A stretch of 64,000 nt of DNA. Origin: the human T2T-CHM13v2.0 reference genome, Homo sapiens. Position 1 is the first letter of the stretch, and every line of letters begins with the position of its first letter. The notes under the pieces are model-generated. The model saw nothing but the letters and a program-made list of their open reading frames with translations. It was not told the origin of the DNA and did no database searches. Location: NCBI RefSeq assembly GCF_009914755.1, contig NC_060935.1; one strand, written 5' to 3'. Shown here piece after piece: positions 28,880 to 41,560 of the stretch. Both the position numbers and the translations under genes were made by a program.

Positions 28880-28921
<42 letters not shown>
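28880..28921. repeat. (AT)21 microsatellite
   Basis: Directly visible. Confidence 0.97.
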
Positions 28922-28924
<3 letters not shown>

Positions 28925-28974
28925 CACAGCTCAGTAGGCAAACCCGCTGTTGAGGATAGGAAGAATATATTAAC

Positions 28975-29230
28975 TGATTAATTATTATTAATGCCATCTT
29001 TTATTTAACTAGCAATTGTAATCTATTAAGAGCATTCATTCACACTATCTGACTTATTCAACCCTCAGAAAAACCCTGTAGGGCTCATAAGTAATATATT
29101 ATTATCTTCCTTTTATAGACAAAGGAAAAGGAAACTCAGATATTTCCTTTCTTAAGCTAATCTCACCAGCAAGTGGCAAAGCCTGGACTAGAACACGGAA
29201 TTTCTGACTCCTATTCCATTACCTAGAGCG
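28975..29230 (-). mobile_element. MIR
   Basis: aaccctgtagg..ttttatagac..gaaactcaga..gcaagtggcaaagcctggactagaac. Confidence 0.7.
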
Positions 29231-29745
29231 ACTGTGGAAGAGCCGAAGGAAGAAAGGGAAAGTGTGAAACATGAGTTCCGAGCAGAGAGGACCTGAAAAC
29301 ACACTCAGACCAGAATTCCTTCTAGTTTGGGTTAAAGTCCGGAGTGGGTGTGGCTATACGACACACAACCAGAATGATTAGATTGACTTTCTGGCACACC
29401 TACTCACTTTGAATTTTCTTGTGCAACTGAGCCTTTTGTGTCAATCTCCCATCCTCTCCTGCCTTGTGAAGTTTCTGGGGTGGCCGAGTTGGAACCAACT
29501 TCAAACCCTCTTATGTCTCTGATTCACTTTCCAAACCCTCCCTCTCCCACTCCGTGGTCAGCCTTTTGTATCACACCCTGCAAACATTTTTTTCTTTTGC
29601 GCTCCTTTGGGACTCCTCCCTCTTCTCTCCCTCCATCTCCCAACTCCTCTGCACTGCCTTTCCCCTTTAATCTCTGCTGACCACCTTTTGTGAATGCTCC
29701 ATCCGCTCCTCCCCCCGTCACGACTGTCCTCTTGCGGGTACCTAC

Positions 29746-29857
29746 CTGTGTGCTCTGCAGCCACACGCACCTCCTGGTTGCCCCTCAGATGTCTTGGTTC
29801 TGTCTGTCTGATGTCGCCAGCCTCCACCCGGGGCCTGTGAGCTGTGCATGTCTTCAA
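29746..29857 (-). ncRNA. MIR100HG: First exon of lncRNA/miRNA host gene MIR100HG (TSS approximate)
   Basis: Minus strand: TATAAA (plus 29883-29888) ~30 nt upstream; exon ends at CACAG|GTAGGT donor (GT = plus 29744-29745). Contains GGCGACATCAGACAGACAGA, which I recall as MIR100HG transcript sequence (memory, not searched). Confidence 0.8.
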
Positions 29858-30450
29858 GCTCTTTGTTACTATTCCTCCTTAATTTATAATGCTAGGCAAA
29901 TAACAACACACAATAAAAGATGATATCAGCTGTGTTTCTCGCCTGCAGCCTCCAGAAGTGTTATCTTAGACCCCATCATTGCAACAAAGAAATCTCTCAG
30001 TTGAGTGAGTGAAAACCAGTTACAGGACAGGAGGAGAAAACTTCTGCGCTTCCAAAATTCCGCAGCCCCAGCTGCCCTCCGGCGGCTCCCCCTTGTGGGA
30101 GATGTGGGGCATAGCAAGGCAGTGCCCAGTTGGGACGGTGCCTGGGTGGGAGGAGGGCGAGAGAAGAGTGCTCGCACTCAGGGATGTGCCCCAGAGGGCG
30201 TGGGGTCCGGTTCCGGCCACGAAGAACAGCCTCTGTGTGAGTTGCAGGACTGAGGTCCTCTGCAATTTCTCAGGGAAATACTTCCGGGAGACGCAGTCCT
30301 CAGTGCCTGGAGGTCTCTGGGTCCAGGTGAGTGTGGTGTGAGTAATAAGCCTGCATGGCTTACGCGCTGCATGGGAAGTCCTGTATCACAATCACAACGT
30401 ATCATAAAGTCGGAGGTTCACACAGGGCTGTTCCGAGAGGTAAGGCGTGG
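29858..30450 (-). promoter_or_regulatory. Proximal promoter of the minus-strand transcript
   Basis: TATA box 29883-29888, E-box CAGCTG ~29927, GATA (TTATCT ~29961), perfect ETS site ACTTCCGG 30280-30287, locally raised GC/CpG from ~29450 to 30450; CAGAC (SMAD-type) repeats inside exon 1. Confidence 0.7.
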
Positions 30451-30651
30451 TCTCCAGTCTCTGAGTAAAAGACTTGATGGTCCAGTCTCCTGGATTCTCT
30501 TGCCACCGTGGACACTTGGCCTTTCGGTCCCTCTAGAGCTCTGGACACATACTGCTCCCCACCTTAGTGAAAACAGACTGTATGTCCAAATAGTATCTTT
30601 CTCCAGAGGAACACGGTCTCATTTATACTAACCCACCCTGGCAGATATCAC

Positions 30652-31725
30652 TGTCATCCTCCTCCTCCTCCTCCTCCTCATTTGAGTGTCATACAGCTTC
30701 TTTTGCTTACGGTTATTATTGTTTTGTTTTTTAATCTTTATTACTGTAGTGTCTATGTTGCTTATGGAGAAACAGCTCATGAAGTAGCTGTGGTTTTTAA
30801 CAAATGGAGCTTTATTATTTTATTCCAAGTTCAATCTTCACGTATGGTTCAGTATAGAGCTGCCACCAACATCAGAAAGGTAGTGGAGTTTAATAGAGTC
30901 CAGTGGAAATTGGTCTGAGATTTGTTTTGCTGAAATTAAGGACTCCCTTGCCAGGACTGCTGGAAGAGTCAATGAGACAATATGACGTGGCAAAACAAGC
31001 TCTAGGCTTCAACAGATCTAGACTCGATACCTATCTCTGCTACTTATTTTATGCTCAATTAACTACTCTCACCTCAGTTTCTTTGTCCATAAAATGGAGT
31101 TAACTTAGTTTCACAAGCAAGATCTCACAACTGGTATGATGGCAGAATGAAATAATACGTCACAAACCACATGCTCACCTACAGTTCAGTGGCAGAGCAC
31201 GGTTGTCATTCTGGAAAGTTTCTTTGTTTGGATTCCAGTAACTGTGCTGATAAATAGAGAGCATCCCACTAGGCCTATTGGTTGTTTCCTCCACGTTTGA
31301 CATCATGACCAGTTTTCTCCTGCAGACTCGGTCTGGGTCTCTCTGTCTGTGTCACACCCAGCATACTGTTCTCACAGAGGGGGAGCCAATCAATACTCCT
31401 TAATGGTGTGGCTCAATGCCCTGTACTGAGGATGATCAGTGAGTGTCACTCCCACTTTTCTCCAGAGACAGGACATAGTCTAGACATACGGTGCAGGAGG
31501 AGGTCAGGAACCCTGGGTTCTGATCTTAGCTCCACTTACTAGTGCATTGGAAATGATACTTGAAGTTGCACGAGTCTCTGATTCTGCTGCAGCTACTTTA
31601 TGAGCTCTTTCTCCATAACTAACATTGGTATTACAGGAATAAAGACAAAAGACAGCAATAACTTTAAGCAAAAGAAGTTGTGTGCCACTTAAATGATGAC
31701 GATGATGATGAGGAGGAGGATGACA
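30652..31725. repeat. Long imperfect inverted repeat, arms 30652-30790 and 31590-31725
   Basis: Manual alignment of arm 1 to the reverse complement of arm 2: 73/91 identities in gap-free blocks, plus a shared TGTCATCCTCCTCCT start. Confidence 0.92.
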
Positions 31726-32249
31726 AAGCAGAAGAAAGTATGTCAATGATGATATTGCTATGAACCATAAACTCACTAAATATTTCTCAGACCTATGTTG
31801 GGCCTAGGGCTGAATATGAAAGGGTTAAACTGCCCTGAAGATAATTAAGCCCTGTTACAAACTCAAGTTAAAAAAAAACAAACAAAAACAAAAAACAAAA
31901 CAAAACAAAAAAACAGCCATAAGGATTTAGAGAAATCAAGAAAAGCAGCAAAAACATTCCCTTTCACGCAAACAGATCTAAAACTGAGAACCTTTAGTGA
32001 CAAGCCCGCTGTGAAAGATGGGATCAAAATCCAGAATTACTTCTACAGGAGTAAGTATCAGAGGGTCTGGAGCATACGTGTCCCCATCAGGGACACGGGG
32101 TCATGAGTGGAGAAACAGGAAAATGAGTGGTGAGGGAAGGAGAGTCTTGTTCCCCTTTGGATTGGCAGAGCATTCCATTCTGCTCTGCACCCGACACCAG
32201 GAAAAATGCAGGACCCAGACAATAGGACAACAAAGATGAAGCAACCGTG

Positions 32250-32612
32250 TCATGAGGAACTTGAAGAACTGGAAATATTTAGGCAGATAAAGATGCAACT
32301 CTGTAATTGCTGTCTTTGAATATTTAAAGGACTCTTAATTAGAAAAGGGTGGGATTTGCTCCACCCAGCTTCAGGAAATAGAATGAAACTAATGGAGAGA
32401 CACGTCAAAGAGAAATATTTCCGATCCACTATAAGAAAAATATTCTGGTAGTTTAGTCCAGATTTGGAAAGGTCACTTTGTGTCTGGAGAAGGCTGTGAG
32501 GGCTCTGTCATTGGACATTCTTTGGCCAAATGCAGGGCCAGCCATGGAGGCTGCCTGCACTGAGACAACCTTTGGGGATCCTTCTAGCTCTTGGACTATT
32601 TGAGTCTATGAA
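32250..32612 (+). mobile_element. L3/CR1 3' fragment
   Basis: gctgtctttgaatatttaaagg..ataagaaaaatattct..gatccttctagctct..ctatga, typical CR1 3' end. Confidence 0.6.
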
Positions 32613-35600
32613 CGATCTGGGATCCAAAAGGAGAAACTAGACAAAAGAAGCATGTGACATCCTCACACAGAGCATTTTAACTCCTGCTGAGGGATCTCCT
32701 GGTCTAACACATTAGATGATCAGATAAATCCAAAGTGTGCTTGCAACCTTTTCCTCTCTTTCCCTTGAACAGCACTATTTCTTTAACTATCACAGGTAAG
32801 TCCAAGAGTTAGGTATCTCCCAGGTGGGGCAAATGGCCTTTAGTATAGTGGAAAACACACAAGAAAAGGCAAAACTCTTACACTGAATGATCAGTTTAAG
32901 GAGAATCGCAGGTTTTAAAAGAGATGATGTTTAGAAGCCATCTTATCAAATATCTCCCCCAATGTCTGAATTCCACCCATATCTTCCCTGATCGAGTGGT
33001 TGTCTGATCTCTGTTTGAACTCAGCCTCTGAAGTCAATTTGATTGGAGGCCATTCTGATTGGGCTCAAGAATAAGCAAAACACACACATAGAAAATGCAA
33101 TCAGCAAGACATGGATGCAAGGGAAAAGGCACCTTTGGTATAGTACCAGAATACAAGGCAGAACCTAAAGCTAATTAGAATTTCTTGAAGTCAGAATTAC
33201 AGTAAATTTTAAAAGCCCTACCTACAGTTTGAGGAGACATACTTGGGACACACAGTACCAGTAAAAATTGTAGGTGACGTTGTTGCCTTTTCTGCAATCT
33301 TTTGCGTCTATGTGTGAGCCTTACATGGCAGGCTGGGAAGGCATAAGAATAGGGGTAGGGGCGGTTGAAAGGGTGCAGGTTGCTAAAAAGGAAGGAACTA
33401 CGGGGCTTTGGGCGGGGCTGGTATGTGGTATGCGTTTGGAGTTGCTTTCATGATATTATCCTGGACAGAGTTGCAAAAAAGGGTGCAAAGCCGATGAGGG
33501 TGTCAGATAAGAGAAATGGAGCATTCGAGAATTGACTTCTGATTGAGCAGAGGGAACACTGAGCTCAGACAAAGGAGACAAAAAGAGTTTAGGGATGAAG
33601 GAAAAGGGAGAAACATTTAGAGGTAGGAAGATGTGAAGGGAGAAACTGCATAGGAGGTCTAAGATATCTGGGACATTTCCAAGACCATCACGGGGTCTCA
33701 AGGGGCGATGAGAGGCAGGAAAAAGGGTAAATGCTGAGGAGGAAGAAGGAGGCCGGGCACTGAAAGATCTTCTGAGTAGAAAGAAACAGGAAGAAAGCTA
33801 GACCCATCATAAGACTTGGTGTCTCCATTTCCCGACTAGGTCACTTCTCAGGAGAGAGAATCAAAGGGCACCTTCCTGGCTGCAAAAGATGGTTAATTCA
33901 CGAGAAAAATCTGAATCCATCAAGTGTTGACTAGACACCTCCTATATGCTCAAGATACAGGATAGAAGTAGAAATCAAGTTCCACAGTAACCTGAGTTAC
34001 TACTAGTCAGTTAACAATCATTTGCTCAGTAACTACTCTTGGCCAAAGACCATGGTAAGCATGAGGAACCCGACTAGGATGACTAGGCCAACCCTCCCAG
34101 GGGTCACAGAGTAACAGGTGAAAGGGAGAAGCACAGCCCAGTGTAAAACTCCTGCAAAGGATTATAGGGTGCTGTGAAGGAAAATAACAGAATATCCAAA
34201 TAATCATTTCTAGGTTTTATGTTTTTAACAGAAAAGACATGTCAGACGCCACAAAGAATCAGGAGCAGTCAGTCTGTAGGAATCGTCCTGGCCTGGGAAT
34301 GTCAGAAAGAACATTCCTAGTCCCCAGTGCCCAGATAAGGGCAGTGGAGGCTGAACTCAGAAGAGGACCACTGAGCAACTGGCCACACTGGGGGCTGTAC
34401 TCCTCAGGGCAATGAGGAGGATGAGAATGGAAGGAGGAGGCCTCCCATTCTACATCCTTCTCCGGCAGACCCCACTCACCCTGCCAGGTGACAGTTCAGT
34501 GGATGTGACTTCCACCCGTGGCTAAGCAAGGAAACAGCCTCTTTGGAACTTCTCCAATGTCGCAGCTCTCCTGTCCCCACTGCTGTTCCACTCAAGCTCG
34601 CAGATGAGCCCAGCTCCTCTCCTCCATTCTAAACGCCTCTGTTTCAGGGAAGCGTTTGCATTTTCCTTGGCACAGGTACAGCTTGCTGAATTCTTTTAGG
34701 CCAGGCCAATTACAACAAGCCCTAAAATTGCTGAGCCAAGTGGTTTCTTCAGAGATCTGCTTACATTCCCTCCCTGAAAAGAGCAGGGGGCCCACTTCGT
34801 GCTGTCTCTGCACACAAAAAGTGCACGTTTCGCTTTTAAGGTGGAGTAGGCATAGGACAGTTTTCCCAGAGAGAGGGTGAGATGCAACCTATTTTCACTC
34901 TGTTTTTACTTCGCCTAATTGGGCTTCATCCCATTTCAGAGGACGGACAAGATGGCTCAGGGCCGGCTCCCTTGAAGACCGTCTTGAGAAAGGGCTAGAG
35001 AGGCTTTTAGTGCAAGCCCCACGGGATCACAAGTTGAAAGAAGTATTTACATGTGTCAGTACCCTCTCATTCCTGAACTTCAACTAGGTTCAGGGTTCAG
35101 TATTGCAATCACATTCTCGTAAGTTCTGGCTTTGGGAGGAAGATGGAGTCAGTAATGCATAACTTTGATTTTTTTAAGTAATCATGATATTTGGGTAGAA
35201 ATAACTCAATTCCAAAGAATTATTTAGATTAGTCTAAAGTTGTTTTTTTTTCCTGATTTTGAAATTGTTACACCATGACTTTTCAACAAACTCACCTCTT
35301 TGTTTATTTTCTATTATGCTTACATCAGAATACATAACATTCCCTAGCTATTTCTAGCTTAGAGGAAGACATTGAGAGATTATCTTAATGAGAACAGGTC
35401 AAGCGGTGGCATAGCCAGTTTGGAATTTAAAATTATCCATGAATAATAAAGCACCTAATCTGGTGCAGATCATTGAGAACTGACCAATTCTGAGAGGTAC
35501 TTGCCAGAAAACCAAATAGTGTCCTTCCCACAATAAAAATGTATCACAGAAAGAAGTGTGTCCTTGATTCTTGGCATTAACTCATGGCTAGTAAGGCCAC

Positions 35601-38111
35601 GGCATTGCAGATCTGTGCTCTGAGTCTGAAGGCATTCTTCAGATGGGGAAACAGGATCTCTTGAAAAGGGAAATTTGAACTCATTCTCACAGATGAGATG
35701 ACCTACATGTGTCCAGAGATATGAGAGCACTCATTTAGAGCAGAACTTTCTTACTCAGACAGAAACTAAAGGGTCACAAGGTAAAAAACTGCCATTTTTA
35801 ACTTAAAAGGCAAAAAATCAGGGCAAATCTCATTTGCAGATGGATAAATAAATTCTAGGAACGTAATCTGGTTCTAACATCCTTATCAAAAAGCCTGGCA
35901 TGATGGACAAGAGGGTCTCTGGTGGTCAATCTCCTGGGAGGGGGCTCTACCAAGAGCCCCCAGTGCCACTCAACCCAGAGACTTTCAGCCCCCACTGGGT
36001 ACTTGGCAATCAGAAGTAACCACATGTCTATGCTTTTGAGGAAATTTTACAAACTGAAATTTGCCTGGCTTAATTACAAGGATGCTTGGTTTTTCTATAT
36101 CAGCTAATGAATAGTAGAGGTTCACATTTCCATACCAAGAAGGGAAAGAACATCCTAAACTCAGAGCAGTCTTCAATGTGGGAAACCAAATGGGATGGTG
36201 AGAGGGTCAAGTTTCTTGTCTTTCATTTAGAATATAGCAGGACTCAAGAGCTGCTCATCTTCAGGGAATTTCATAGGTTTTTGGCTAGGGACCAATCTGG
36301 GTCATAAAAAGAGGAAACCCCCCTGGGCCCAGGTAGATCTCTAAAGAAAAAGCTTTGGTTGCCTGGGCTTTGTTTAGCAAAAGAATATTTTTTTCTTGTC
36401 CTAGAGTCAGCAAACATACTGCCAGGTAATCTGAGAGGCCCACAGGGAGACTCCAAGAAGACAAGCCCAATAGTCCCATACCAAAATCTTTCATCTTGAA
36501 GGCCATTAATGTGCCACATCTTCACTACATTTCCAAATGCCTACTGCCTTTGGGTGGCATCACAGCAATAAACACAGGACTTAATTAAAAGTCATTTCCA
36601 TTTCATTGCTAAAGCCAAGGAAATCTGGTACCACAGCCTTGAATTTATAAGTAGGAAAATGGTACAAAAAAAGTGAGGGTGGGAACTAATTTAAAACACT
36701 AAAAGTCACTCAACACTGCCAGTGGGTGGTGCAGGATATTGCCATGGCACTTTCTGTTAAATTTCTTCCTCCCAATTCTTTGCAGAATTCTCCTCACTTT
36801 TGTGTGCAGAGAGCCCCACTAACTAAAAGCAACCTGAGTATTAGATATTATCACCATGAAGGGTTGGGGCAATGGGACGCATCAAATGGCATCACCCGTC
36901 AGGGAAGTACAAACCTGCATCCACTGCCCTATTTCTAATCTTGACTCACCCTATGACAGGGTCATACTCCCCTCATCATGAAAGGTTATGGGGGAGTTTG
37001 CACAGCTAACAGGCCACTGTTACTCCCTGCTTGTTTGTCGGCAAGAAAAGTGCAGAAAGTTCAGTTGCTCCCATTGGCCATTGGACAAATGCCCAGTTGC
37101 TCTCTGGGGAAATCTGATTGTGTCATAGTTAATTCCTCCCTCACGCATGCCCCTCCTTTATAGCTGCTTAGTTGCCAAGCTCTGTCCATTCTTTCTCCAT
37201 TGTATTTCTTGAATTAGTCCCTTTCTTTTATTCCTACTGCAATTATCCTCAGTGAAGTTTTCATTTTTTCTTGATTGGACTATTGCTATATCTTCTTACT
37301 TGGTTTCTTACTGCTAGGATCTATCCACTGTAATCCATTTTACATGTGACTTGTAGTTTAGTCTCCCTAATACATGTCTCTGATTATGTCACTCTTATGT
37401 TCCAAAACTCATGGTGATTCTTTGTTGCCTGCACTGGTCACAAGTGATTCTGCATTGCCTACTGACCAAAGTCCAACAAATAAATTGACAGCTTTCTTCA
37501 CAAAGAAGAAATTGTCCTATGACTCACATGTTACCCCATAATTAAAGGACTGAGACCTAGAAAGTTACTCAAACTTCAAGTAGCCCATGCCCCAGAGGTA
37601 AATTTCACTTGCCCTATTTAAACAAGGTTTTCTTCGATATATTCTCCTTGTCACAATCAAAAAGTTCTTTCCAGTGTCTGCCTTGAATTATCCCCTAAGC
37701 TCTTGAACTCTACTATCTTTAACTATTATTTGTTTTAATAGCAAGTTCCACTCTCAGAAATGAGACTAGCAAATAAAAAAGAAACAAGTGACTCCCAAGA
37801 AAAACACCAGAGCATGACATCATAGTGAGTTGAAAGGGGCTGAAGTTGGAAGTGGGCTAATGGCTGTTTATGATTTTTGTTTGTTCAACACCATACGTCT
37901 TAGGACCTTAACCCTCTACAGACTATTATCTTGATGGTGATGGGTATTTCTCTGCTGCACTTATACTTCCCTTCCTCAAATCATAAAACATTTATTATAT
38001 ATCACCACAATCAAGTTGTAATAATAATCCACGATGATAGCAATAGTCTAATGAAGAAATATGCTCTGGTAAAGATCCTTGGATATCAGAGAGCAGTGTA
38101 AAGATTGTAGA

Positions 38112-38411
<300 letters not shown>

Positions 38412-38752
38412 GGACTGTAGAAAGCAACTTGGAGAATAATTAATAGAAAAAACAACTCAGACAGTTTACCCATCATTAGAGCATTGATATTTCTGGGGTT
38501 GAATGCAGTAGTGGCTAGGAATGGACATTAACTTTTCACACTGAGGGGAATAACACACTATACCACACACAATGTTGAGGATTCAAATTCTAGAGAGTGT
38601 CTTTGTCATGTGTTAATGATGGATATAAAGGTTCTCTATATGAGGCCTATGATAGTCAATGGTCATTCCTCTAACTTGGGAATGGTATGGGCTATACAGA
38701 TAACAGCCTAGAGAGTTAGAAGCTAACTTTCTTTCAAAAAAAGATGAGGAGA

Positions 38753-38900
38753 AGAAGGGAAGGGAAGGGAAGGGAAGGGAAGGGAAGGGAAGGGAAGGGA
38801 AGGGGAGGGAAGGGGAGGGAAGGGGAGGGAAGGGGAGGGAAGGGGAGGGAAGGGGAGGGAAGGGGAGGAGAGGGGACAGGAGGGGAGGGGAGGGGAGGGG
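38753..38900. repeat. Polypurine (GGGAA)n/(GGGGAGGGAA)n tract
   Basis: Directly visible. Confidence 0.96.
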
Positions 38901-39829
38901 AGCTCAGCAAATTCTGGGGCACAACTTACAATTTTGCCTGATGTCTTACCACACTGCACAGCTAGGAAGTTCTTCTGAAGATCTAACCTGTGTTTCTTCT
39001 GGTGTTTTTGTTTATTTGTTTACCATAGATTATTTATAGCCTTTTTCCAAACAGAGAGATACTCACAGCCCTTCCCAGTTGGCTGTTTGGCTCAGCTAAC
39101 AGAGCTGCTCTAAAAGTCATGGTTAAAACTTCATTCCCCTAAAAGGGTCATCGAGTTTGCTCCATAAGAGAGCTATATCAATCACCCTTCCTAAATGACA
39201 CTCTTGTCATACATAGAAGAGAAGCCAGGCAGGTGAGTAGATGCCATTATCACCACTGCTTCTGTCTATTAAAAAAATAAAAACAAGATTTCTGCCTACT
39301 CTCCAACCCAGCCAAAGAGAGCCTCAGAGTCAGACACCTGGAATTAACCCTCATCCCTGCATCTACAGAGGACGCCTGGCCAGAGCAGTGCCGGCGGTGA
39401 CAGAGCTGGGACCACTGACATCTGAAATGCATCCTGCACTCCAGCCCTTATGTGGTACTTGCTTGTCTCATAAAACCATTTTGTTTTTTGAGGATGGAGA
39501 TAAGGTCCTTTAACACAATTTTCAATCTATAGTTGTACTCCAACGTGTTCCTTATACATCTACAATTTCTTCTATCTTATAAAATAAAATACACCCCTGA
39601 TTTCAGAAAAAAAAAAAAAAAAGCACAGCATTAAAAAAAGGAATCTGAGAGGCCACGAGGCTTTTCACATTTTGCCAGAACCAGGCTTTTGTCTGTGCTG
39701 GCGCCCTGGAGCTCAGGGATTTCTTAGGAATGAGAGTACAAGTGGCCTTAGGACCTCAATGATTGGAAAGAGACACCTTGAAGGCTGGAAGGAGGAGGTA
39801 AGGGCAGAGTTGCATCCAATCTGTGCTCA

Positions 39830-40030
39830 CCTTCCTGTTCAGAATTACCTGGGCAGGTAGCTTAACATCTCCTAACCTTGGTTTCTTCACCTGTAAAATG
39901 AGAATAATAAGACAACACATCCCACAGGATCTTTGAGAACACGTATTCAATGGAATGAAACCCTCAGCACAATGCCTGGCACCTCGGGAGTGACCATTAA
40001 CGATGCCTCTTGTTATTAATATTATCACAA
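39830..40030 (+). mobile_element. MIR
   Basis: ctgggcaggtagcttaac..gtttcttcacctgtaaaatgagaataata..cagcacaatgcctggcac. Confidence 0.85.
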
Positions 40031-41229
40031 TCATCTCAGGGGGGCAAAGTAGCAAAGACTGACCGTGGGAAAGAGAGCTGTGGGAAAGTGACAGAGGTGC
40101 TGCCATCCCCTCGGCCCTACCCATGACCCCACTGTCAGGGGTGCAGAACATTTCTCCCATTCACCAGGTCCCAACCCACTCCCAGATAGAGCAACGTGGT
40201 GAAACAATAAAAGCCTGACTCCCGCAAGATGGCACCATGACGGGCTGTGCCTGGATCCAGAGGAGATGTCTCTGTCCAGCATTTCCATCAGGCTCTTCCG
40301 AGCCAGCTCCTGGGGTGCGCACAAAGACCCATTCAGGATGGCTGGAGTTCTGAAAGCCAGCAGATGAGCCGAGGGGCCGGGAAGGGGGTGGAGAATCAGC
40401 ACAGCCCCTGGCACTAACCCCACTGGGACCTGCCCTGGGCAAGCAGGCGTGGAGGGCTCAGGTCTGCCGCCACGGCTGCACTCTTTGTTTTCCCGCAGAT
40501 TCCGTTCTCTGATGGTGGTCCAGGGCACCAAGGACACCAGCTGCCATGGCTGGGATTGAATGACCTCCCTGGGGTGGCTGGGAACCCCCACTCCCATAGT
40601 GCCAGCCCAATGGGCAGGATACCCAGTGGAAACAGGCCATTACTAACAGGCCTGCCATTTCGAAAGTGCCTCTTTCTGGGAAAATTGACTCTCAGAGGTT
40701 CCCACCCTGGGAAGGTACAGTGAGAAATAAGAAGCTAAATTACTATGCAGTAGCCAATAGTTATTCCCCAGGGCCTAGAAAGTGACTCTGTGCCCCTCAG
40801 CCTCAGTTTCCCCACCTGTACAATGGGGCTAGGTACAACAACCTGTTGGAACTCAAAAAGTAGCTGCTGTGAGAGAACTTATCAGTAGTAGTTGGTTTGT
40901 TCCCTTTGAACACAAATATATCAGATCTGATGCATCAAGGATATGCCAGTCCTGCAGCTCCCTGAATGTTAGAGCACAGAGGCTGCTTAATGGATCATGA
41001 TCCTTGGATGCAAATGAAAATAAGATTCCCTCTTTTACTCTTTCCCTCCTAAGTCTATAAGAGGCTGTCCTAACAAGGTGACAAGCTGAACATGCAATAG
41101 AAAACTGAGCCCCTTTAGGCTGCCAGAATTGTAAGACATTTCTTGTGGGACAACAGCATTTCCCAGATGACTCAATTCAGAAGGACTAAAAGGAGTTTCT
41201 GTGACCTGAAGATGTTTGTACATCAGCTA

Positions 41230-41560
41230 ATCTAGCTTTCCACCTTTGCTGGAATATGCTGACTGCATTTATTTCTCTAGATATCTCTCACCCAATAGTA
41301 AGACTCAGTAGAAGCACTACCTCCTCCAGGAAGCCTTCCCTGACTACACAGCTTGAATTAGTGCACTTTCATATTCTCCCACAACACCCTGGGCACATAT
41401 ACTTCTCTCTTAGCAATCAGGAAATTATATTGAAATTGTCTGCTTGTTAGTCTCTGTCTTCTTGGTGACCAGGTACTATACTTTACAATCTTTTTTACTC
41501 CAGTATCTAATACAGTGCTGGCATAATGCAGGAATTTAATAAGTGTTTATTGAACTACAT
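41230..41560 (+). mobile_element. L2 3' fragment
   Basis: acctcctccaggaagccttccctgact..cagtgctggcataatg..aataagtgtttattgaa. Confidence 0.75.

Noticed and set aside
30682-31776. Two similar peptides on opposite strands (..QLLLLTVI..YGETAHEVA / ..QLLLLKVI..YGERAHKVA)
   Set aside because: A by-product of the DNA inverted repeat; non-ATG starts and no coding evidence.
40031-40597. 188-aa ORF (minus)
   Set aside because: Expected by chance in GC-rich DNA; no domain and no exon boundaries.
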